Below are positions 56,058 to 64,000 of a DNA stretch of 64,000 nucleotides, one piece after another. The stretch's first letter is position 1; each line of letters begins with the position of its first letter. This DNA comes from Eledone cirrhosa (lineage: Eukaryota). The stretch covers positions 193,564,001 to 193,628,000 of the forward strand of contig OZ024740.1 in assembly GCA_964016885.1 (NCBI GenBank). Direction: 5' to 3'. The position numbers and the translations under genes were made by a program. The notes beneath the pieces are model-generated. The model did no database searches, was not told the DNA's origin, and saw nothing but the letters and a program-made list of their open reading frames with translations.

Positions 56058-57998
56058 TATATTAGAAAGATCGAGTATCGAAAAATCGGCACACGAGTTC
56101 ACGATAAACGAAATTCGATATGAACGGCAGAGGGCTCAATAATTCAGATGAATCAGAGCTATAACTATCGTTAAAATACCGTCACATATAGAACAAGTCT
56201 ACAATCAACCATACGATTTAAAATCGATAAAGGAAGATTCGGGCCAAACAGATAAAAAATATCAATAAAACAATACGTCAATAATTTAAATGAATGTAAA
56301 ATCATACCCGGACCCACTAGACAGGTGTTAAATCTAGCTTCATGGGTTTCTGTAAATCCTTAGACTGTACTCTATCAGCTCACATATAAATATAAAAGCC
56401 TACTAGAGCAAGTGGAACGGAGGTTTACGTTATCAACGAGTTTTTTCCTGGCGGCAGAGGAGCCAACTACCAGTGAAAAACGCACATGGCATTAGACAAG
56501 GGAGATGACCCCTATATCCGCGAAAACAATTCGAGTGAATGTGGAAATACACATATCGAATTAGAGTGCTCAATAGACATGTTAAAATAAAACAAAAGCT
56601 ATTCATCACTCAATAGAATCGACAAAAAATGAGCAATAAAATTAACTGGTGGATAGCTATGTCCAGAGCTAAATATATTAGAAAGATCGAGTATCGAAAA
56701 ATCGGCGCACGAGTTCACGATAAACGAAATTCGATATGAACGGCAGAGGGCTCAATAATTCAGATGAATCAGAGCTATAACTATCGTTAAAATACCGTCA
56801 CATATAGAACAAGTCTACAATCAACCATACGATTTAAAATCGATAAAGGAAGATTCGGGCCAAACAGATAAAAAATATCAATAAAACAATACGTCAATAA
56901 TTTAAATGAATGTAAAATCATACCCGGACCCACTAGACAGGTGTTAAATCTAGCTTCATGGGTTTCTGTAAATCCTTAGACTGTACTCTATCAGCTCACA
57001 TATAAATATAAAAGCCTACTAGAGCAAGTGGAACGGAGGTTTACGTTATCAACGAGTTTTTTCCTGGCGGCAGAGGAGCCAACTACCAGTGAAAAACGCA
57101 CATGGCATTAGACAAGGGAGATGACCCCTATATCCGCGAAAACAATTCGAGTGAATGTGGAAATACACATATCGAATTAGAGTGCTCAATAGACATGTTA
57201 AAATAAAACAAAAGCTATTCATCACTCAATAGAATCGACAAAAAATGAGCAATAAAATTAACTGGTGGATAGCTATGTCCAGAGCTAAATATATTAGAAA
57301 GATCGAGTATCGAAAAATCGGCGCACGAGTTCACGATAAACGAAATTCGATATGAACGGCAGAGGGCTCAATAATTCAGATGAATCAGAGCTATAACTAT
57401 CGTTAAAATACCGTCACATATAGAACAAGTCTACAATCAACCATACGATTTAAAATCGATAAAGGAAGATTCGGGCCAAACAGATAAAAAATATCAATAA
57501 AACAATACGTCAATAATTTAAATGAATGTAAAATCATACCCGGACCCACTAGACAGGTGTTAAATCTAGCTTCATGGGTTTCTGTAAATCCTTAGACTGT
57601 ACTCTATCAGCTCACATATAAATATAAAAGCCTACTAGAGCAAGTGGAACGGAGGTTTACGTTATCAACGAGTTTTTTCCTGGCGGCAGAGGAGCCAACT
57701 ACCAGTGAAAAACGCACATGGCATTAGACAAGGGAGATGACCCCTATATCCGCGAAAACAATTCGAGTGAATGTGGAAATACACATATCGAATTAGAGTG
57801 CTCAATAGACATGTTAAAATAAAACAAAAGCTATTCATCACTCAATAGAATCGACAAAAAATGAGCAATAAAATTAACTGGTGGATAGCTATGTCCAGAG
57901 CTAAATATATTAGAAAGATCGAGTATCGAAAAATCGGCGCACGAGTTCACGATAAACGAAATTCGATATGAACGGCAGAGGGCTCAATAATTCAGATG
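56058..57998 (+). repeat. Tandem array of about 3.1 near-identical 616-bp units
   Basis: TTAGAAAGATCG at 56062, 56678, 57294 and 57910. Confidence 0.92.
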
Positions 57999-58059
57999 CA
58001 ATCGGTACAGTATATGGAAGGTATATATTAGGTTAATGCGTGATATAGCAGGAAGAGTG

Positions 58060-58095
58060 TCTTAACGTTTCGGACGCTAGTCCTTCACCAAAAGA
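58060..58095 (-). ncRNA. Degenerate minimal hammerhead
   Basis: tctt-TTGGTGA-aggactagcgtcc-GAAACGTT-aaga, with a mutated core. Confidence 0.45.
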
Positions 58096-58478
58096 AAGAA
58101 TGAGAAATAAAATAGATTGAGACGACAGGTGATATGGAATTTGAAAAAATGGCTTTAGATATAAATAACAGGTCCATGTCGACATCTCTTGCATGTTGAC
58201 ATCTCTTGTATGTTGACATCTCTTGCAAAACTGTTGGTGCTGGCGTTTTGTGTATGCTTTGTTTTTTTATAAAAGTGGATGATGGCGCGCGTCTACCTGA
58301 AATGGAAAAAAAACGTTTTGCAAAAAGAGCTATACTTGAGCACATGGGTAAGTATGAGTTTGTGTGTGTAGGGGGGGAGGGGTAGTAACATGTGCTTATG
58401 CATTATTTGACTAAATAGAATCGTTCTGTTAGCTGGCATTTTAAAAAAGCCTCTGAATGGAAAAAAAAAGATGAGTAT

Positions 58479-58549
58479 TGACGTACATGGGACACGAACC
58501 CACATCTTTGCTTTGGCGTACCAATGTGTTACCATTAGACAAACACGCC
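58479..58549 (-). pseudogene. tRNA-Gly(GCC)-like pseudogene or SINE head
   Basis: GGCGTGT..AATGGTA..TTGGT-ACGCCAA-AGCAA..GTGGG-TTCGTGT-CCCAT-GTACGTC-A, followed by a T-run. The stems contain mismatches. Confidence 0.55.
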
Positions 58550-58708
58550 ACCCATGCGTCTCTATATTCAATTAGAAGCTATATGACCATGGCAGGTGTA
58601 TGTATGTATTTATACAGGCTTTGTTTACAAACGGTTAGCGATTTTGACTAAATAGAATTAGTCTCTTAGTTGGGATTTAAAAAACCTTCTGTATGAAAAA
58701 ATGGATGA

Positions 58709-58739
<31 letters not shown>

Positions 58740-58779
58740 ATACTACATACCCAACACTAACTGATCTATTATAACACAA

Positions 58780-60250
58780 ACAACGACATCCCTCTGGAAC
58801 CCTTCGCAGGGAGAATACCCATTTATACCTCTACGTCAGGTGTGACAACATCCACCCACTTGAACGGCACTACACCGCTCTAAGGGTAATTTGAGCATGA
58901 ATTGATCGGTTGGATAGTGTTGTGCAGAGGAAACACCTTCCTTAGACAGATGAAAAATGCTTTAATCTAGTAACGCTGTTGACCAGTAGGACCGGGCTGC
59001 TGAGCGCAGTGAGTGAATGCATTGCAACAGCCGTGCGGGTTGTACATATATGGATGATCTGACGGTCAGAGAGGGGTCGCGAGGACTGCGGATTGACCTC
59101 TGGCCGGCCTGGGGATGATTATCTCTCGACATCCAATGTAGCAAGCGATGACCCAGATCTTACCAGAGATCATTGGGTCCTGAAGCATTCCTGCAATCAC
59201 CGCGCCTGGTCCTATGAGTAGACTACGACCACAGAGATCATTAATTTAGAATCCTCGCTCATCATCTATAATTTCCATTTGTGGCACCTTACGATGGGTT
59301 AATCCACCATAATAATAGGATCACCTTCAGCATAACTTAATTAAACTACTCTATAGTTAATACACTTTGTGCTTTAAAAATTTCTCTTGGAGGATGCGCA
59401 TCAGCATAGAAATTAGGGTCTATATGGGACACATTTTAATAGCTAGGTATAGAAACCCCAGAGTTACCTCCCCGCATGCATTAACTCCCCTTAGCCACAC
59501 ACACACTTCCGGGCGGTATTCAATGGCGTTTCTCGAAACGTAACAGCCTCCTGTATTGAACTAAAGAACACCAGACCACGATCTCTAACTGGATTGTCGT
59601 GGATTATGTGAAGGGCATATAATCGAAAAATACACTCCCCTGACCATGAAAATGCCGAAGTACATGAAATACTTGACTTCCCTGCGCTGTGCATCTCCAA
59701 TACTTTTAACACTTTTAATGCTTGCACTATTTTTAATGCTTATAATATTTCTCCACACACAGACTATATCAATCATATAAAGAATTTGCCACCAGATCTA
59801 CCAACCTAACACTCTTGTTTACCTACCTAAGTGCCTCTACCACACATATCTCTCTGCCACACTATATAAACAAGACGCACATGCGTGCCACACATATAAC
59901 ATTTCCACTATATAACCGCTTATCTTCATGTATTTTAACCTGTATTTTTGATTTTTGATTGTACCTCTTAATATAAATGTAATCTCGAAGTGTGTACTGC
60001 CACTCTAAATTCTGTAATGACCCACAATGTTTGAATATGTATCAATGTTTGAATATGTATCGGTATGTCTCTCGGCTGAAAAGGAGGTCATATAACTGTC
60101 CATGCATTAATAAATTGCTCCGAAGAATCCAAACCTCGGTTTGGAGGAAACAGCTGTAAGCACAATAATGTTTTGAACAGTTCTTTGATTCTTATATTTC
60201 ATATAACTGCTCTGTAAATCATCTGATGTTTTTACATTGAGCTACTTAAC
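58780..60250 (+). mobile_element. Decayed Penelope-like element ending in a hammerhead
   Basis: RENTHLYLYVRCDNIHP resembles the PLE RKPTHTxxY..SxHP motif. A hammerhead lies at 60116-60162. Confidence 0.55.
60116..60162 (+). ncRNA. Type I hammerhead (U4C variant)
   Basis: tgct-CCGAAGA-atccaaacc-tc-ggtttggag-GAAACAGCTGTA-agca. Confidence 0.65.
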
Positions 60251-60366
60251 TTACTGGTAATAAGGTAGTAATACATTACTGCCTACCACTATCTAGGGTG
60301 TGTGTAAAATACTTATAACTGCATAAGGTTTTATATTTACATAACCATAAATGGTATAACTAATAC

Positions 60367-60425
<59 letters not shown>

Positions 60426-60539
60426 ATGTTCTTTTGTTCTCAAGAGCTACCACAATCCATCGGGTAAATTACCCTTGAATACGGAAAGTGGACATAAGGT
60501 CAATCATCTCATCTCACAGATGTTGCTGCCTGCTTCCGA

Positions 60540-61290
60540 CTCGGAGCGGAGAATATAGGCTGCAGTCAAGGAACTTAATTATATTTAATAGGAAATTTCA
60601 AAAAAGAAAAGGGAAGAGAGTTTCTAAGCCCTAACGCGTCAGAAAAAAAGAAAACTGAGACAATGATCCACCTGACACGGCAAGGGTTCATATAGAAGAA
60701 AGTGGATTAGACGACAGACAGCCACAGTAAGGGGACGCGCAGTTGCGCCCAGAGACCACCATACCGCGCGCAAGCTGACACGCCAGAACCAGCCAGCACT
60801 CACTCAAGTATCTTCAGCGTCGACAGCATCGCCCGACTGCACAGAAGCCTCCTAAATGCATCATCCGCGATCCCCAGAGCAGGCAACGTCACTTCAGCCG
60901 CGTTTGACCAAGCACCGCAAGCTCCAATGGGAAAGCGATGGACCAAGACTCTCCCACCTGTTTCCTTTTCAAGCAGAGCAGTCAACGGAAGGTATTTTTG
61001 TATCTTCTCCGCCGCGATTCAGGCTCTCCCCTGCTCGTATCTCACCGTGACATCTACCACCAACGTCGTCCACCATCTCCTCATTACCAGATCCGGAATG
61101 AGTCTCGCATTGTCCACACGATACGAGGACCCCATAAACCCCTCCAACCGTGGCGTGTGCACTCGTCCGCAATCAGTCGGCATAGCTGGTCGTGCCTGGC
61201 CGAGCGCCTTCTCTTCTAAAGAGGGCACTGGCCACTGATGTGGGCGATTGTCTCCGCAGCCGTCCCACAGCGTCTGCAGGTCTTCGGTCC
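60540..61290 (-). mobile_element. R2/NeSL-superfamily non-LTR 3' fragment
   Basis: ETIAHISGQCP, RHD, LIPDLVM, LVVDVTVRYE and FPIGACGAW restriction-like endonuclease motifs. Confidence 0.75.
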
Positions 61291-61991
61291 GCAACCACCT
61301 CCCGCAAGATATTCCCGGACCGGAAACGTATTGGTTCGCAAGTCAACATGATGACTCTACGGATGTATAATTTTTCTTCCCAATGAAAATGTGGCGAAAT
61401 CCAGTTCAACAAGGATTTCATGTGTGAGTGCCTGACCAGCACAATCTAAAAAATATCTATTCTGCCACTCAAATACACACAGCTTCTCGTTTAAATGTCT
61501 TAACATAGCTATCTGCCGGTACTCAGCTGGATAACGACACTTTCTGCATCATGGCTTCCTAGTGCTTCTGCTGCAATACAAATGTAGCTGTGAATCCATA
61601 CCAGACGCTTTCGCCCACCAACCAGTCATGTTCCAGAGATTGTGTTGCCTCCCACTCCATGTCACTCACAACGATATCATTAAGTATGGCACTTCACATT
61701 TCGCGCTAGTGTGGCTAGACCGAGGTTATCAAAAATGCCAGGTTACATCACAGCATTCCCAAACTATTTATCCATAAGTTTATCCATATACGACTTAAAT
61801 CTATTCCATCTTCTTTTCTTTGTAAATAATCGAAAGATAAATCGTCCTACCCTGTGTCTAATAGCAATTACCTCATGTATACTCTCACTAGTAATGGGTA
61901 TGGTTCTTAAAGTACCGATGACTCGATCAGATGTCTATTGAGAAGGCAATGACTCGGGTTTTATCCGTTTTGTCGTTGTTCCCGCTCTCAT

Positions 61992-62103
<112 letters not shown>

Positions 62104-62170
62104 TATATGAGTGCGTGTCTGTGGGCATGAGTGTGTATGTTTGTATATATATATATATATATATATATAT

Positions 62171-63895
62171 AATGTATAATAAACAATACAATATAATTAC
62201 CTCATTACCAGAGGTTCCCCGAATAAGACGAATACGAAAAGAAACGTCCTCATTCGTTCGTCGGACAAGTTAATATAAAACATAGTGAAATATTTGGAAA
62301 GTCTCCTCAAGAAATATATTAAAAAATATAAAAAAATATATAAAGAATATAAGGAAATATAGTTAGGTATGTGTATATGAGTGTATATACACTCACAAAT
62401 GTACATATGTGTGTATGTACAAGTGCAAGTGTATGGTGAAAATGTGTGCGTAAGTACACATATAAGGGCAAGTATATTTGTGTATATGTGAACACAAATA
62501 CGGATATAATATGAGTTAAAAAAGAAAATGATAATATAGTTGACACGCATCCAGATACAGGTATTAAATACACATACGAGTATGAAAGCATGCGTATAAA
62601 CACACACACACGCGCGGTCACTTATATGCGGAAGATAAAGAAGGAAGGGAGTATAATGGTAAAAAGGAGTGTCATTCTCGATATATGTATAAAAATGAAA
62701 CAATATATGAGAATGAAAAAAATGTTTAAATGAAAGAGAAAGTAATCAATTGATTACTTTCTCTTTATTTTATACTAGCAGTAAAGCCCGGCGTTGCTCG
62801 GGGTCGCTCAGTAGCTGTGTTAAAGTTACAATGTTAAGTTTCTTTCTTGGCTTAAAAACTGTAGTGTCTACTGTGCAGACTTGCATGTGGTGTTTTTGAT
62901 TAATATTCCCTCAACCAACAATATGCCTTATGAAGTTAAGAAAACATAACGATAACCCGAATGTTATAACAAAAGAGGATGCTGGGGATAGAAACTGCAC
63001 TGGTTATTTATTAACAAAGATCGAAAATGTAAACACTGCAACGCAGAGAAAAACATTAGCGTAACCAAATTATCAGTTATGTCTGTCTGCACGCCTATAT
63101 CACCTCTCTGCACGACTGTCTGTCTGCACGCCTATATCACCTCTCTGCACGACTGTCTGTCTGCACGCCTATATCACCTCTCTGCACGACTGTCTGTACG
63201 CGTATATCACCTCTCTGCACGACTGTCTGTCTGCACGACTGTCTGTCTGCACGCCTAACGACGAAATATTTGCTTGTTTTACGTAGTCTTTAAATAGACT
63301 TGTTTTCAAGTAAAAATATTGTTTTAAAATGCTTTTAAATGGAAATGAAGCTAAACGGAAGTTTAGTGTTCGAACTGATGAATTTTGCAGGTCAATATTT
63401 TGCTGGCTCGACAACTGTTCGTGTATTGTGTTAATGTCATTTTAAACGCTGAGAAAGCCAGCGTAATTTTTTACGTAAGACGCTCAATGTAAACAGAACA
63501 AAGGGAAATAACTGATCACTTACGCTCAAAAATCGATACATTATATTCGATTTCGTCACATAGGGTGGGTCAATTTGAAATATTTTTTTTCCGATGTCTT
63601 CGCTAGGGCTCAATGTACAAGAATAGCAATTTCGGTGCAATTCCGTCAGAGATTCTAAGAGGAGATGTGTGCCAAAAATCGATAGACAGACAGACAACCA
63701 CAGTTTTATATATATAGATTACCTTGTCCGACGAACGAATGAGGACGTTTTTTTCGTATTCGTTTTATTCGGGAAACCTCTGGTAATGAGGTAATTATAT
63801 TGTATTGTTTATTATACATTAAATTTTGCTCTTGTACTTACATAGAGCACTCTTCACTCCTATGACTTTTTCAATTTTCAACGGAAACTTCAATA
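62171..63895. mobile_element. Head-to-head pLTR-like pair (hammerheads at 62200-62270 (-) and 63719-63794 (+)) split by a Helitron
   Basis: 62171-62269 is the inverted copy of 63723-63820. ccttgt-CCGACGA...GAAACCTCTGGTA-atgagg is related to the 28780 family. Confidence 0.72.
62775..63718 (-). mobile_element. Complete non-autonomous Helitron with an internal 37-bp minisatellite
   Basis: A|TCTATATATATAAAAC...CCCGAGCAACGCCGGGCTTTACTGCTAG|T, with the minisatellite at 63080-63255. Confidence 0.88.
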
Positions 63896-64000
63896 CTTAT
63901 ATATATATATATGTATATATGTGTGTGTGTGTGTGTAAATAAATATGTATATGTATATATTTATCATACGTATAGAAATATATACATACAAACTGCAGCA

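Noticed and set aside
61320-61800. Possible Gypsy RT remnant (AILNDIVV..EHD)
   Set aside because: A single weak motif with no supporting flanking motifs.

Overview
This is AT-rich eukaryotic DNA made almost entirely of transposable elements and (TA)n/(CA)n/(TC)n/(TAA)n microsatellites. The repeat content suggests a cephalopod (octopus-like) intron or intergenic region; that assignment is inference. I could not support any intact host gene. Recognisable elements are several Tx1/L1-clade LINE copies, two Dong/R4 LINEs, RTE 3' ends, an R2-superfamily fragment, several Penelope-like (RT + GIY-YIG) remnants, three Helitrons, mariner/Tc1 relics, tRNA-derived Deu/Nin-domain SINEs and a tRNA-Gly-like relic. 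The most striking signal is a dense set of type I hammerhead ribozyme motifs (about 20 copies from several families). Many sit in non-coding 422-522 bp units that are tandemly repeated, circularly permuted and arranged head-to-head (left arm minus, right arm plus) inside (TA)n tracts. This fits retrozyme-like circular RNAs mobilised by Penelope-like elements, with both target ends primed. Coordinates were read by eye and may be a few bases off.
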